A stretch of DNA of 64,000 bases, taken from the NCBI GenBank assembly GCA_049323435.1, contig JBMOMX010000035.1, forward strand, positions 10,357 through 74,356. The letters run 5' to 3'. Both the position numbers and the translations under genes were made by a program. The notes below the pieces were generated by a model. The model was not told the DNA's origin and searched no databases. It worked only from the letters and a program-made list of their open reading frames with translations. Positions 27,219 through 37,477 of the stretch are shown here, one piece after another. Within the stretch, counting starts at the first letter, position 1; each line of letters starts with the position of its first letter. The stretch comes from Pseudomonadota bacterium. GTDB lineage: Bacteria; Pseudomonadota; Alphaproteobacteria; UBA11222.

Positions 27219-28568
27219 ATGAACGTCGCAGCGAGCGATCTGGAAGTCTTTATGCAAGGTCTGATCCGCAGAAATCCTGGGGAAACCGAGTTTCATCAGG
27301 CCGTTCAGGAGGTTGCCGGCAGCATCATCCCGTTCATTCAGGACAAGCCCAAATATCTGAAAATGCGCATCCTGGAGCGGCTGGCCGAGCCCGACCGGGT
27401 GGTGATCTTCCGGGTCTGCTGGGAAGATGATCAGGGCAATATCCGTGTCAACCGGGGCTACCGGGTTCAGAACAGCAACGCCATCGGCCCCTATAAAGGC
27501 GGTATCCGCTTTCATCCAACTGTAACATTAAGCGTTCTTAAATTTCTGGCCTTTGAGCAAACCTTCAAAAACAGCCTGACCGGCCTGCCCATGGGCGGCG
27601 GCAAGGGCGGCTCGGACTTCAACCCCAAGGGCAAGTCGGATAATGAGGTGATGCGCTTCTGCCAGTCTTTCATGACCGAACTGCACCGCCATATCGGTGC
27701 GGATGTCGATGTTCCGGCGGGCGATATCGGCGTGGGCGGACGCGAGATCGGTTTCATGTTCGGCCAGTACAAGCGGCTGGAAAATATCTATACCGGCGTG
27801 CTGACCGGCAAGGGGCTGGAATATGGCGGCAGCCTGATCCGCACCGAGGCCACCGGCTATGGCGCGGTCTATATGATGGAAGATATGCTGACCCGCAACA
27901 AAAACGGCTTTGTCGGCAAAAAATGTCTGGTGTCGGGTTCAGGCAATGTTGCGCAATATGCCGCCGAAAAGCTGATCCAGCTGGGCGCGACGGTTTTGAC
28001 CCTGTCGGATTCGGATGGCTTTATTTATGACAAGAACGGCATCACCGCCGAAAAGCTGGCGCAGGTGATGGAAATCAAAAATGTCAAACGCGGCCGCATC
28101 GAGGAGGCCGCCAAAAAGATCGGCTGCGAATATTTTGCGGGCAAGCGGCCCTGGGCCGTGCCGTGCGATCTGGTGTTCCCCTGCGCCACGCAGAACGAAA
28201 TCAGCGGCGATGAAGCCAAACTGCTGCTCACGAACGGCTGTATCGGCGTGGCCGAAGGGGCCAATATGCCGACCGTGCAGGAAGGCATTGATGCGTTCCT
28301 GCATTCCAAAATCCTGTTCGCGCCGTCCAAGGCGGCGAATGCCGGCGGCGTGTCGGTGTCGGGCCTCGAAATGAGCCAGAACAGCGCGCGGCTTTCCTGG
28401 AAGGAAGAAGAGCTGCAAAAACTGCTGCGCGACGTGATGACCGGCATTCACGAACGCTGTGTGCAGTATGGCGAGGAAAAGGATGGCTATGTGAATTACC
28501 TCAAGGGCGCCAATATTGCAGGCTTCGTCAAGGTCGCCGACGCCATGCTCGCCTATGGCGTGGTGTGA
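27219..28568 (+). CDS. gdhA: NADP-specific glutamate dehydrogenase
   Basis: It has the KGGIRFHP and GGGKGG motifs. The Met at 27219 is preceded by AAAAAGGGG. The ORF opens at 27135. It is divergent from the large GDH. Confidence 0.9.
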   Translation: MNVAASDLEVFMQGLIRRNPGETEFHQAVQEVAGSIIPFIQDKPKYLKMRILERLAEPDRVVIFRVCWEDDQGNIRVNRGYRVQNSNAIGPYKGGIRFHPTVTLSVLKFLAFEQTFKNSLTGLPMGGGKGGSDFNPKGKSDNEVMRFCQSFMTELHRHIGADVDVPAGDIGVGGREIGFMFGQYKRLENIYTGVLTGKGLEYGGSLIRTEATGYGAVYMMEDMLTRNKNGFVGKKCLVSGSGNVAQYAAEKLIQLGATVLTLSDSDGFIYDKNGITAEKLAQVMEIKNVKRGRIEEAAKKIGCEYFAGKRPWAVPCDLVFPCATQNEISGDEAKLLLTNGCIGVAEGANMPTVQEGIDAFLHSKILFAPSKAANAGGVSVSGLEMSQNSARLSWKEEELQKLLRDVMTGIHERCVQYGEEKDGYVNYLKGANIAGFVKVADAMLAYGVV

Positions 28569-28711
28569 TCGCAGGCGGACAGGTTTTTCCTGATCCTGTA
28601 TCCGTAAGATGCACACAACATGCATTTTACGGGTAAAGCCGGGGCCATGATTAAAATGGCGCCGGCGGCCGGGTTTGCCAGAAAATTCGGGTATTGGCGC
28701 GATCCGGTCCC

Positions 28712-28744
28712 CGCGTGAAATCCGCGTGAAATCTGCGTGAAATA
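28712..28744. repeat. Three tandem 11-nt direct repeats: cgcgtgaaatc, cgcgtgaaatc, tgcgtgaaata
   Basis: Read directly from the sequence, about 140-170 nt upstream of the acyl-CoA dehydrogenase start at 28883. Confidence 0.85.
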
Positions 28745-28882
28745 ATGGCCCTCTTAATCCGCCGCGCTTTATTTGGCGGGCGCAAAATTCAAGCAATTCT
28801 GCGCCCATTGCACTTGCGGCGTGACTAAAGTAAGACTAAAGCACAGCAATTAACAGCACCCCGCAAAAGGCGAAAGCAGATC

Positions 28883-30124
28883 ATGGATTTTAACGATACC
28901 CCGGAAGAAGCCGCGTTCCGCGCCAAGGTTCGCGCCTGGCTGACCGCCAATGCCCCGCGCCGCATTGAGGGCGAATCCCCCCCGTCCATTCTGGCGATGG
29001 AAGGCGCGGATGCTGAATTGATCGCACGCTCCAAGGCCTGGCAAGCAAAAAAGGCGGCCGAAGGCTATGCCGCCATCAGCTGGCCAAAAGAATATGGCGG
29101 CATGGGCGGCACGCCGATGCAGAATGTTATTTATTCGCAGGAAGAAGCGCATTTTGATGTTTCCAGCGATCTGTTCATTCTCGGCCTGGGCCTGGCCATG
29201 CCTACTTTGATGGTGCTGGGATCGCCTGCGCAGAAAGAACGCTTCATCAAGCCGGCGCTTTATGGCGAAGAAATCTGGTGCCAGCTATTTTCCGAACCGG
29301 GGGCGGGGTCCGATCTGGCCGGGGTGCGCACCCGCGCCGAAAAAGACGGCGATGAATGGGTGGTGAACGGACAGAAAATATGGACCACGCTGGGCCATAT
29401 CGCCGACTGGGGCATTCTGGTCGCGCGCACCGATCCCAACAAGCCCAAGCACAAGGGGCTGAGCTTTTTCCTGCTGGACATGAAAACCCCGGGCATCACC
29501 GTCAAACAGATCAAGCAGATTTCCGGCGCCAGCAGCTTTAATGAAATTTTCTTTGAAAATGTGCGCATTCCCGACGCCAACCGCGTGGGCAAGGAAGGCG
29601 ATGGCTGGAAGGCGGCCTTGACGGTGCTGATGAATGAACGTGTGGTCGTCGGCAATCTGTCGGCAGGTCATGGCGTGGGTGAATTCCTGTCACTGGCGCG
29701 CGACACGCAGCTGGCTGATGGCCCGGCCATCCGCAATGCCGCCGTGCGTGAAAAAATTGCCGACTGGTATATTCAATCTGAAGGCCTGAAATATATTCAC
29801 TACCGCACTTTGACTGCGATCAGCAAAGGCGTGACCCCCGGCGCGGAAAACGCCATCTCCAAGGCTGTGGGCGCGGTCTATGGCCAGGACCTGCCGCATT
29901 TCGCCATGGAACTGATGGATATGGGCGGCATCATCCGCGATGCGGAATTATCCCCGCATGAAGCGGGTTTCCAGGAAGCCTGGATCACCTCGCCCGCTTT
30001 GCGCATTGGCGGCGGCACCGACGAAATCCTGCGCAACATCATCGCCGAACAGGTGCTTGGCCTGCCCGGCGATATCCGCGTGGACAAGGACATGCCCTTT
30101 AACGCTTCGCCGGGGAATAAATAA
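28883..30124 (+). CDS. Acyl-CoA dehydrogenase family protein
   Basis: 413 aa with an ACAD fold (WITSPALRIGGGTDEI near the C-terminus). Confidence 0.85.
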   Translation: MDFNDTPEEAAFRAKVRAWLTANAPRRIEGESPPSILAMEGADAELIARSKAWQAKKAAEGYAAISWPKEYGGMGGTPMQNVIYSQEEAHFDVSSDLFILGLGLAMPTLMVLGSPAQKERFIKPALYGEEIWCQLFSEPGAGSDLAGVRTRAEKDGDEWVVNGQKIWTTLGHIADWGILVARTDPNKPKHKGLSFFLLDMKTPGITVKQIKQISGASSFNEIFFENVRIPDANRVGKEGDGWKAALTVLMNERVVVGNLSAGHGVGEFLSLARDTQLADGPAIRNAAVREKIADWYIQSEGLKYIHYRTLTAISKGVTPGAENAISKAVGAVYGQDLPHFAMELMDMGGIIRDAELSPHEAGFQEAWITSPALRIGGGTDEILRNIIAEQVLGLPGDIRVDKDMPFNASPGNK

Positions 30125-30179
30125 TTCTCCGGCGGCGTGCGTTGTCTTTAACCCGGAAAATCCGCACGCCATATGCTTG

Positions 30180-31202
30180 ATGCTGTACAAAATGAACGCG
30201 AATAGGCCGAAATTTACGCATCGCTTTTGTGTTGCGCCGATGATGGACTGGACGGACCGGTTTGACCGGTACTTTCTGCGCCAGCTGTCGCGTCATGCGC
30301 GGCTCTATACCGAAATGGTCACGGCCAATGCGGTGTTGCATGGCGACCGGCAGCGTTTGCTGGGCTTTGATCAGAGCGAACATCCCGTCGCGTTGCAGCT
30401 TGGCGGGTCGGAACCCGCAGCACTGGCCGAAGCGGCAAAAATCGGCGCGGATTTCGGCTATGACGAGATCAATCTGAATGTCGGCTGTCCCAGCGACAGG
30501 GTGCAGTCCGGGCGTTTCGGCGCCTGTCTGATGGCGGAGCCGGAACTGGTCGCGCACTGCGTGGCCGCCATGCGCGCCGCCGTGCCGCATCTGCCGGTGA
30601 CGGTGAAATGCCGTACCGGCATTGACCGTCAGAACCCGGAGGAAATTCTGCCGCGCTTTATCGCCACTGTGCGCGATGCGGGCTGTGAAACCTTTATCAT
30701 TCATGCGCGCATGGCCTGGCTCGAAGGGCTTAGCCCGAAGCAGAACCGCGACATTCCGCCGCTCGATTATGCGCTGGCGCATCGTATGAAGACTGAATTT
30801 CCGGAACTGACTTTTGTGCTGAATGGCGGCCTGCATTCGCTGGATGACGCCGCGCCGCATCTGGCGCATCTGGACGGGGTGATGCTGGGCCGTGCCGCCT
30901 ATCATAATCCCTATCTGCTGGCGGAGGTTGATGGCCGCCTGTTCGGCGATGACGCGCCGCCGCCCACACGCGCGCGGGTGATCGAACGCCTGCTGCCCTG
31001 GGCCGATGCCCAGGTGGCGCAGGGGGTGCCGCTGCATTGCATTACCCGGCATATTTTTGGTTTGTTTCAGGGCCAGCCGGGCGCGCGATCCTGGCGGCGG
31101 CATCTGAGCGAAAATGCGCATCGCCCCGGCGCGGGCGCGGGTGTGATCCGGGATGCGCTGGTGCATGTACTGGACCCCGATCTGGCGCGGCGGGCGGCCT
31201 AG
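30180..31202 (+). CDS. dusA: tRNA-dihydrouridine synthase A
   Basis: HRFCVAPMMDWTDRFDRYFLRQLSRHARLYTEMV matches the DusA N-terminus. The ORF opens at 29940, overlapping the preceding gene, so 30180 (MLYKM) is the likely start. Confidence 0.85.
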   Translation: MLYKMNANRPKFTHRFCVAPMMDWTDRFDRYFLRQLSRHARLYTEMVTANAVLHGDRQRLLGFDQSEHPVALQLGGSEPAALAEAAKIGADFGYDEINLNVGCPSDRVQSGRFGACLMAEPELVAHCVAAMRAAVPHLPVTVKCRTGIDRQNPEEILPRFIATVRDAGCETFIIHARMAWLEGLSPKQNRDIPPLDYALAHRMKTEFPELTFVLNGGLHSLDDAAPHLAHLDGVMLGRAAYHNPYLLAEVDGRLFGDDAPPPTRARVIERLLPWADAQVAQGVPLHCITRHIFGLFQGQPGARSWRRHLSENAHRPGAGAGVIRDALVHVLDPDLARRAA

Positions 31203-31226
31203 CGGCATGACATTAGATTTGTCCTT

Positions 31227-31320
31227 TGACCCCCTCCCGGCCTCCCCCTTTCAGGGGGAGGAGGGCGATAGCCGCGCATACTCCCTCCCCCTGCAAGGGG
31301 GAGGGCTGGGGTGGGGGTCC
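31227..31320. repeat. Compound GC-rich palindromic intergenic element, copy 2
   Basis: Hairpins cctccccctttcagggggagg (31241-31261) and ccctccccctgcaagggggaggg (31283-31305) sit inside outer inverted arms gaccccctcccggcc / ggctggggtgggggtc. Confidence 0.8.
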
Positions 31321-31380
31321 ACTTTTATAGAGGGCTGGATGGCTTACGGGCCGATTCAACCTGATGTCATGCTGCTCTAG

Positions 31381-32214
31381 ATGGACATCCTCGCCGGTTA
31401 CACGCTTGTCCAACTGGTGCTGTTTGCAGGCGGTTTGGCGCTGACCGGCGCGGTGGCCGGCATATTGGCGGGTCTGCTGGGCGTGGGCGGCGGCATTGTG
31501 ATCGTGCCGGTGCTGTATCATATATTTACCGGCATCGGCATTGATGAGGCGGTGCGGATGCATCTGGCGGTCGGCACCTCGCTCGCCACCATTGTCGCCA
31601 CCTCGACCCGTTCAATGCGTGCGCACCGCGACAGGGGTGCGGTGGATGCGCAACTGCTGAAACAGCTTGCCTTGCCGATAATCGCGGGTGTGCTGCTGGG
31701 CTCGGTTCTTGCGGGTTGGCTGAACAGTGCTGCGTTGATGGCGGTGTTCGCCACAGTGGCGCTGATTGTTTCATGCCATCTGGCGTTCGGGCGCGAGAAA
31801 TGGCGCATCGCCGATCATTTTCCCGGCGGCCTCCTGCGCGCGGCCATTGGCGCATTTATCGGATTGATCAGTGTGCTGATGGGTATTGGCGGCGGCACGG
31901 TGGGGGTACCGATCCTGACGCTGTATAATACACCCATTCACCGGGCAGTCGGCACCGCGACCGGATTCGGGTTGATCATCGCCGTGCCGGGAACGCTCGC
32001 CATGATGGCGAATGGCTGGGGCGCGCCGGGCCTGCCGCCATTCTCGATCGGTTATGTCAATCTGCTGGGTTTTGCGCTGATTGTGCCCACAACCATTCTG
32101 GCAGCGCCCTGGGGCGCGCGCATTGCCCATGCGATCAGCCGCCCCGCATTGCGCGCCGCTTTTGCGGCCTTTCTGGCGCTGACCAGCCTGCGAATGATAC
32201 TCGATCTTATCTAG
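31381..32214 (+). CDS. TauE/SafE (DUF81) family sulfite/anion exporter
   Basis: 277 aa with two repeated four-TM halves carrying the GxGGG motif. Confidence 0.85.
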   Translation: MDILAGYTLVQLVLFAGGLALTGAVAGILAGLLGVGGGIVIVPVLYHIFTGIGIDEAVRMHLAVGTSLATIVATSTRSMRAHRDRGAVDAQLLKQLALPIIAGVLLGSVLAGWLNSAALMAVFATVALIVSCHLAFGREKWRIADHFPGGLLRAAIGAFIGLISVLMGIGGGTVGVPILTLYNTPIHRAVGTATGFGLIIAVPGTLAMMANGWGAPGLPPFSIGYVNLLGFALIVPTTILAAPWGARIAHAISRPALRAAFAAFLALTSLRMILDLI

Positions 32215-32277
32215 CAATTTTTTTAGGGTTTTTTGATTCAGGGGCTTGCAAGGGGCGGAGCTTTCTGATCACATCTA

Positions 32278-32290
32278 TGATCATAGATTG
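32278..32290 (+). promoter_or_regulatory. Putative operator box TGATCATAGATTG upstream of amidohydrolase paralogue 1
   Basis: The same box occurs at 46196-46208 and 47506-47518, 24-26 nt before each paralogue's ATG. In this copy it lies inside a perfect 16-bp palindrome ATCTATGATCATAGAT, next to a second half-site TGATCACA at 32266-32273. Confidence 0.5.
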
Positions 32291-32316
32291 TGAAGCCGCG
32301 TCAACGGAGGAAACCC

Positions 32317-33486
32317 ATGAAGACAGGAATCGGACCAGGAGCCATCTCGGCGGACAGTCATATCGTCGAGCCGCCAAATTGTTATATCGACTATATTGAA
32401 CCGAAATACCGCGATACCGCCCCGCATGTGGCGGCCGGTGAAAATGGCCAGGACATCATCGTCATCAAGGATATGAAGAAAACCGTGCCCATGGGTTTTC
32501 TGGCTGGCGCCGGCATGACACCCAATGACCGCGCCAAATTCGCAGCGACCACCAAATTCGACGGCATCCGCCGCGGCGCCTGGGATCCCAAGGCGCGCGC
32601 CGCCGATCTGGACCAGGATGGTATTGCCGCTGAAATCATATATGCCTCCATTGGCATGATTTTATGCACCCACCCGGATGCGGAATATAAAAATGCCTGT
32701 ATGCAGGCCTATAACCGCTGGCTTCAGGAATTTTGCGGCGGCTTGCCGAACCGGCTGTTCGGGCTGGCGCAAACCGCCGTTCTGTCCGTGGACAGCGCGA
32801 TCGAGGATTTCCGCCGCGCCAAGGAAATGGGTTTTGTCGGCATGATGATGCCGGGCAATCCCATTCAGGGCGATTACGACAAGCCGGAATATGACGCTTT
32901 GTGGGAATGCGCGGTGGATCTCGACCTGCCGCTGGCGTTTCATATTCTTACCTCATCGGAAGGCAGCATCGAAAGCGTATTGGCGCCAAAGCGCGGACAT
33001 CCGCTGGGCGGATTCCTGAATATCATCCGCGCGGTGCAGGACATTGTATGCCTGTTCACCCTGACCGGCATTTTCGAGCGCTTCCCCAAACTGAAACTGG
33101 TTTGCGCGGAAGGCGATGCGGGCTGGATGCCGCATTACATGTACCGGATGGATCATGCGGCGACCTTTAACCTGCAAACCGGCATCATTCCGGGGCTGTC
33201 CAAACTGCCCAGCGAATATCTGCGCAGCAATGTCTGGATGACCTTCCAGGATGACGGGATCGCCTATCAGACCGCGCATCTGATGAATCACAAGCGCCTG
33301 ATCTGGGCCAATGATTTTCCGCATACGGATTCGACCTGGCCGCGCTCGCAGGCATTGATCAGCAAACAAGCCAAAGGACTGACCGCGGCGCAGCATCAGG
33401 ATATTTTCCGCAACAATGTGGCGGAACTGTTCAATCTGCCCGCGGGCAATGAATCCTGGCAGATGCACAAAATGGCGGCGGAATAG
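32317..33486 (+). CDS. Amidohydrolase family protein (PF04909 / Amidohydro_2 type), paralogue 1
   Basis: It has the ISADSHIVEPPNCY...HILT...ANDFPH metal-ligand pattern. GGAGGA precedes the ATG at 32317. It is about 70% identical to the ORFs at 46235 and 47543. Confidence 0.85.
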   Translation: MKTGIGPGAISADSHIVEPPNCYIDYIEPKYRDTAPHVAAGENGQDIIVIKDMKKTVPMGFLAGAGMTPNDRAKFAATTKFDGIRRGAWDPKARAADLDQDGIAAEIIYASIGMILCTHPDAEYKNACMQAYNRWLQEFCGGLPNRLFGLAQTAVLSVDSAIEDFRRAKEMGFVGMMMPGNPIQGDYDKPEYDALWECAVDLDLPLAFHILTSSEGSIESVLAPKRGHPLGGFLNIIRAVQDIVCLFTLTGIFERFPKLKLVCAEGDAGWMPHYMYRMDHAATFNLQTGIIPGLSKLPSEYLRSNVWMTFQDDGIAYQTAHLMNHKRLIWANDFPHTDSTWPRSQALISKQAKGLTAAQHQDIFRNNVAELFNLPAGNESWQMHKMAAE

Positions 33487-33571
33487 CGCCGCCCGCGCCG
33501 GAATGGCCTGATCGGATCAATCGGGGACAGTATAAATGCTGTCCCCGATAAGCCGTGCGCCCCGGCCAGTG

Positions 33572-34840
33572 TTAGGCCGGATCAAACATTATGTGCAGTT
33601 CCTTTAACCCGCGCAGAACGATGCTGGGTTCATGGTGCGGGTCGGGATGACCGGGCGCCAGGCGCAGATTTTTCATCCGTGTCAGGATGGTTCTGAACGC
33701 CAAATTCATTTCCTTGCGCGCCAGCATGGCCCCCAGGCAGTGATGCGTGCCCTGGCCAAACGCCACATGGCGGGCCGCGTTTTCACGGCGCACGTCGAAT
33801 TTTTCCGCCCCCTCGAATTGCGCCTCGTCACGATTGGCGCTGGCGAACATCAGCATCACCGCTGCGCCTTTGGGCATGAAGGTTCCGCCCAGCGTCGTGT
33901 CGCGGGTAGTAACCCGGAAAAGACCCTGCACCGGGCCGTCAAAGCGCAGCACTTCCTCGGTCAGGTTCTCCACCAGCGACATATCATCAAGCACCAGTTG
34001 CATTTGATCCGGGTGCTGAAGCAATAGCATCATTCCCTTGGACAGCGAGTTGGTAGTGGTTTCATTACCCGCCGCCAGCAACTGATTGAGCACGGACAAT
34101 AGTTCCGCTGTGCTCATCGGCTCGCCATTTTCCATACGCGCGCGCACCAGATCGGAAATAATGTCATCGGTGGGATTGGCGCGTTTTTCCTCGATCACCC
34201 TGGCGAAATATAGCTGAAACTCCAGCATCAGTTTCGAGGCTGCAATACGCTGTTCCTTGCTGGACACGCCGCTGATCTGCTGGGTCAGCGCATCCGACCA
34301 TTGCTTGAAAATTCCGATATCGCTGCGCGGCACACCAAGCTGATCGGCAATGATAATCATCGGCAGCGGCACGGTGAATTGCGACACGAACTCGCACTTG
34401 CCGTCTTTGATGAATTTGTCAATCAGCTCGTCGACCAGGTTCTGAATATAGGGTTCCAGCTGATTGACGCGCGCCTGGGAAAACACCTTGTTGATCGGGT
34501 TGCGATAGAATTTATGCTTGGGCGGATCCACCGTGATCAGTGTGGGCACAGAAGGATAGCCGCCATAATCTTCAAACCGGGTGCGCATTTCGGGCGGCGC
34601 CATTAAATCAATGACATCGCTGGAAAAAGTCGCGGTGTCCTTGAGCGCCTTCACAACATCCTCATAGCAGGTGACGGTAAAAAACCCGGCAACCGGGTCT
34701 TTATGAACCGGATCTTCTTCCCGCAGTTTTTTGTAGGTGTGATACGGGCATTCGATCACATCCATATCGACCAGCGTGGTCTGCTCCAGTGGCTTTTGCG
34801 CAGCAATGCGGCCCTTTTCTTCAAGTTCCGTCCGGATCAT
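33572..34840 (-). CDS. Cytochrome P450
   Basis: 422 aa with heme loop FGQGTHHCLGAMLA, an ExxR motif and the AGNETT I-helix. Confidence 0.9.
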   Translation of the reverse strand: MIRTELEEKGRIAAQKPLEQTTLVDMDVIECPYHTYKKLREEDPVHKDPVAGFFTVTCYEDVVKALKDTATFSSDVIDLMAPPEMRTRFEDYGGYPSVPTLITVDPPKHKFYRNPINKVFSQARVNQLEPYIQNLVDELIDKFIKDGKCEFVSQFTVPLPMIIIADQLGVPRSDIGIFKQWSDALTQQISGVSSKEQRIAASKLMLEFQLYFARVIEEKRANPTDDIISDLVRARMENGEPMSTAELLSVLNQLLAAGNETTTNSLSKGMMLLLQHPDQMQLVLDDMSLVENLTEEVLRFDGPVQGLFRVTTRDTTLGGTFMPKGAAVMLMFASANRDEAQFEGAEKFDVRRENAARHVAFGQGTHHCLGAMLARKEMNLAFRTILTRMKNLRLAPGHPDPHHEPSIVLRGLKELHIMFDPA

Positions 34841-35121
34841 GGCAAATTCCTCAGTTGGTTGCGGTCTGCAAATGACAGGCCTATCAGGCCCTCATCTACA
34901 ATATTATCAGTAATATGGTTTATTTTTGGTCAAGAGGCAAATTGCTTGTAAGAGATTTACAAAAAAATGCCGTTGCGTCCCTTGCCTTCTGGCTGCCACG
35001 GCGGCAAGACAGGGGGTGAATGACAGGCGCGATAATTCAGGGCACGCCCTGGAATAACAGGCATCCCGGTCCGTTACATACCCAGATCAACTGGCCGTGT
35101 TTTCTCCGGCCAGCCTGATTG

Positions 35122-35745
35122 TTAGTCCGGTTTTTTTGCCTTTAGCGGCAGCAGCCGGAACAGGCTTTCCTGATCAGGCAGGCCAGTGACATTAATTCCA
35201 TTCTTCTTTTGGAATTCGCTCAGGGCCGCATGCATGGCCTTACTGTAATTGCCATCAATTGATCCCTTGTAAAACCCCTGATCCGACAGGCTCTGTTGCA
35301 CCCTTTGCAATGTTTCACGATAAATGGGAACGCCCTTTTCCTTATTGCCAGCCAGTAATTTGTCACTACGGGCGATAATGCGCTGCGGGTGAAGCGCCTG
35401 GATCATATTATTTACAGCAATTTCAAATCGGTCCTCGGGATAAGATGCGCAGTAACGCTCCAGCAGCGCCAGCAGCAGATCGGTTGTCTGCCAGGGCGTC
35501 AGATCGAAAGTATCCGGGCTATTCTTGTTTGCGGCGGACAAATATCCATCCACCCAGCCGGCGAACAGATCTGCGGCCTTGGCGTTTCCCGCCTTGCGGG
35601 AATCGGTAAAGGCCTTGCATGGCGCACCGCCGCCGCCATCAATGGCATAGGCCCCATTACTATCGGCGGCTTTTGCGCGGTCCACCGGCAATGCAGGGCT
35701 CCATGCCAGGCCAAACACAAGAAGCGCCAATATCCTATGCGCCCG
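35122..35745 (-). CDS. Secreted protein with a C-terminal peptidoglycan-binding (PG_binding_1-like) domain
   Basis: Signal peptide MRAHRILALLVFGLAWSPALP. The C-terminal motif is LSDQGFYKGSIDGNYSKAMHAALSEFQKKNGINVTGL. Confidence 0.62.
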   Translation of the reverse strand, partial: RAHRILALLVFGLAWSPALPVDRAKAADSNGAYAIDGGGGAPCKAFTDSRKAGNAKAADLFAGWVDGYLSAANKNSPDTFDLTPWQTTDLLLALLERYCASYPEDRFEIAVNNMIQALHPQRIIARSDKLLAGNKEKGVPIYRETLQRVQQSLSDQGFYKGSIDGNYSKAMHAALSEFQKKNGINVTGLPDQESLFRLLPLKAKKPD

Positions 35746-35837
35746 CATGGCGAATATTCCTATTTCTGATTTGAATAATAAAAACCACCGGCGCATCATT
35801 ATGGCGCGCCGGCGGTTGCTAACGTAAGTGGTGCGCT

Positions 35838-37316
35838 TTAGCCGGCGCGAACCAGCTGCCCGCGTCCCGTCCTCAGACCAAGGATCCCCGCCAGTCCCGT
35901 GCCCAGAAGCAGCAGCATGCCGGGCTCAGGCACAGCGGCGCCATCATCATCCACAAGGATGGCCGTCATCGTCAGGGACAGGGCGCCGCCAGTGAAGTCG
36001 AGGAAAGTTGGGAACGCCGTGGCGAAGCCCGCATCCGCAACGTCAAGTAGTGGCAATATCCCCATCAGATCAAATGTGGTGACATCATCATCGGGGTCGA
36101 AGGAGTAGGATTCACCCGGTAGAATGGTGGCCACGACAATCCCATCAACAATGATGTCGAAGGGCCCGGTAAAGCCGGTCAAGGGCGCCATCACTTCGAG
36201 GAACTCGGCCCCGGGACCGGTCAGCGCATAGGTGAAGCCTTCCGCAAATGGCGGGTCATACCACAGACGGGGTTGTGGCGCGGGGAACTCAAACTGCCCG
36301 GGTGCGGGAACGAATGGCAGTACAGGATTGTCTTCCGTCTCGCCCGGGGCAACACCACCGACGCCGCCAAAGGCAAAGATAAAGGTCGCGGGCGTGCCGT
36401 CAGGGTTGCCTTCGACAGGATCGCCCACGGCAGCAGATGTAAACCCATCGCCGCCGCCGCCGCCAGGGTTGCTTTGCCCCAATGAATACAGATTGACACC
36501 AAGCCCGGCCAGCGCGGCAAGGGCGCTGGCCTCGCTTTCGCGCGAGCCGTAGAAGATGTTGAAGGTGCGGCTTTCCCCGGAGGCAAGATCACCAAAGGCA
36601 AAATCAAACAGAGAGCCATGGTCGTCCGGCCCCAGGTCGATAAAGTCGACGTTTTCCGACGAGGACCCAAAGTCACCTGTCGTGCTCGGACCCGTGAGCG
36701 GGTCGCCACTGGCGAAGCCATCATTGCTGGCATACAACACATTGCCGCCATTGGCCACCAGATTGTCCTCCACGCCCTGATGGGTGACAAATTCATTGAA
36801 AGCAGTGGGCGGCACATCCCAATCCATTACCCGCCGGTAGATGACATTATTCGCTGTCAGATCGCCAGTATTCCGGATCGTGACATTGACCTGGAAAATA
36901 TCGGCCTGCAGCGAGGGGCCAAACAGATGCGTGACCTCGATCGGGGCGCCGGATAGCCTTACCAGGGAGCTGGCGGTGTTGGCGGTTGCACCGAATGTGC
37001 CGCCGGTCAGGCCGCCAAAACCCGCAGCCTGATTAGCGAAACCTGAGGTGGTAATGCTGTCATAGGTGGTCGCAACACCCCAGCCTTCGCAGAAACAACC
37101 CGGAGAAATGGCATCGCCAATCGGGTTGCGGTAAACACCGTAGGTCATGAACCCGCCCGGACCGTTATCGGAAAAGTTCAGCTCGGCTGTATCGTTCACC
37201 CCTAGCGAAGTCGCGCCATAGGTGATGACCGCGCCAGCATAGGCCGGGCCATTTGCTAGAAATAATGCCATCGGCGCTGTCGCGGCGGTGGCCAATAATG
37301 CTCGTCTTAAGCTCAT
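35838..37316 (-). CDS. PEP-CTERM sorting-domain protein (an exosortase substrate), Gly-rich
   Basis: AGGAGA lies before the ATG at 37316. Signal peptide MSLRRALLATAATAPMALFLANGPAYA. The C-terminus VPEPGMLLLLGTGLAGILGLRTGRGQ is a PEP motif, a TM helix and an Arg cluster. Confidence 0.75.
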   Translation of the reverse strand: MSLRRALLATAATAPMALFLANGPAYAGAVITYGATSLGVNDTAELNFSDNGPGGFMTYGVYRNPIGDAISPGCFCEGWGVATTYDSITTSGFANQAAGFGGLTGGTFGATANTASSLVRLSGAPIEVTHLFGPSLQADIFQVNVTIRNTGDLTANNVIYRRVMDWDVPPTAFNEFVTHQGVEDNLVANGGNVLYASNDGFASGDPLTGPSTTGDFGSSSENVDFIDLGPDDHGSLFDFAFGDLASGESRTFNIFYGSRESEASALAALAGLGVNLYSLGQSNPGGGGGDGFTSAAVGDPVEGNPDGTPATFIFAFGGVGGVAPGETEDNPVLPFVPAPGQFEFPAPQPRLWYDPPFAEGFTYALTGPGAEFLEVMAPLTGFTGPFDIIVDGIVVATILPGESYSFDPDDDVTTFDLMGILPLLDVADAGFATAFPTFLDFTGGALSLTMTAILVDDDGAAVPEPGMLLLLGTGLAGILGLRTGRGQLVRAG

Positions 37317-37477
37317 GATATTTCTCCTATTAATAGTTAAGGACGTCCCAAAATGCGGAAGCCAAAGTTTTGATCTGCTTACTTCACCCAAATGCTTGCG
37401 GGTATATTCAAATACTAAGCAATGCCCATGCTAATTATGGGTTTATTAATGGTCAATAATTTGTCTATTCAAAATTT

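Noticed and set aside
30099-31208. 369-aa minus-strand ORF
   Set aside because: It is antisense to dusA and is His/Arg/Gln-rich junk.
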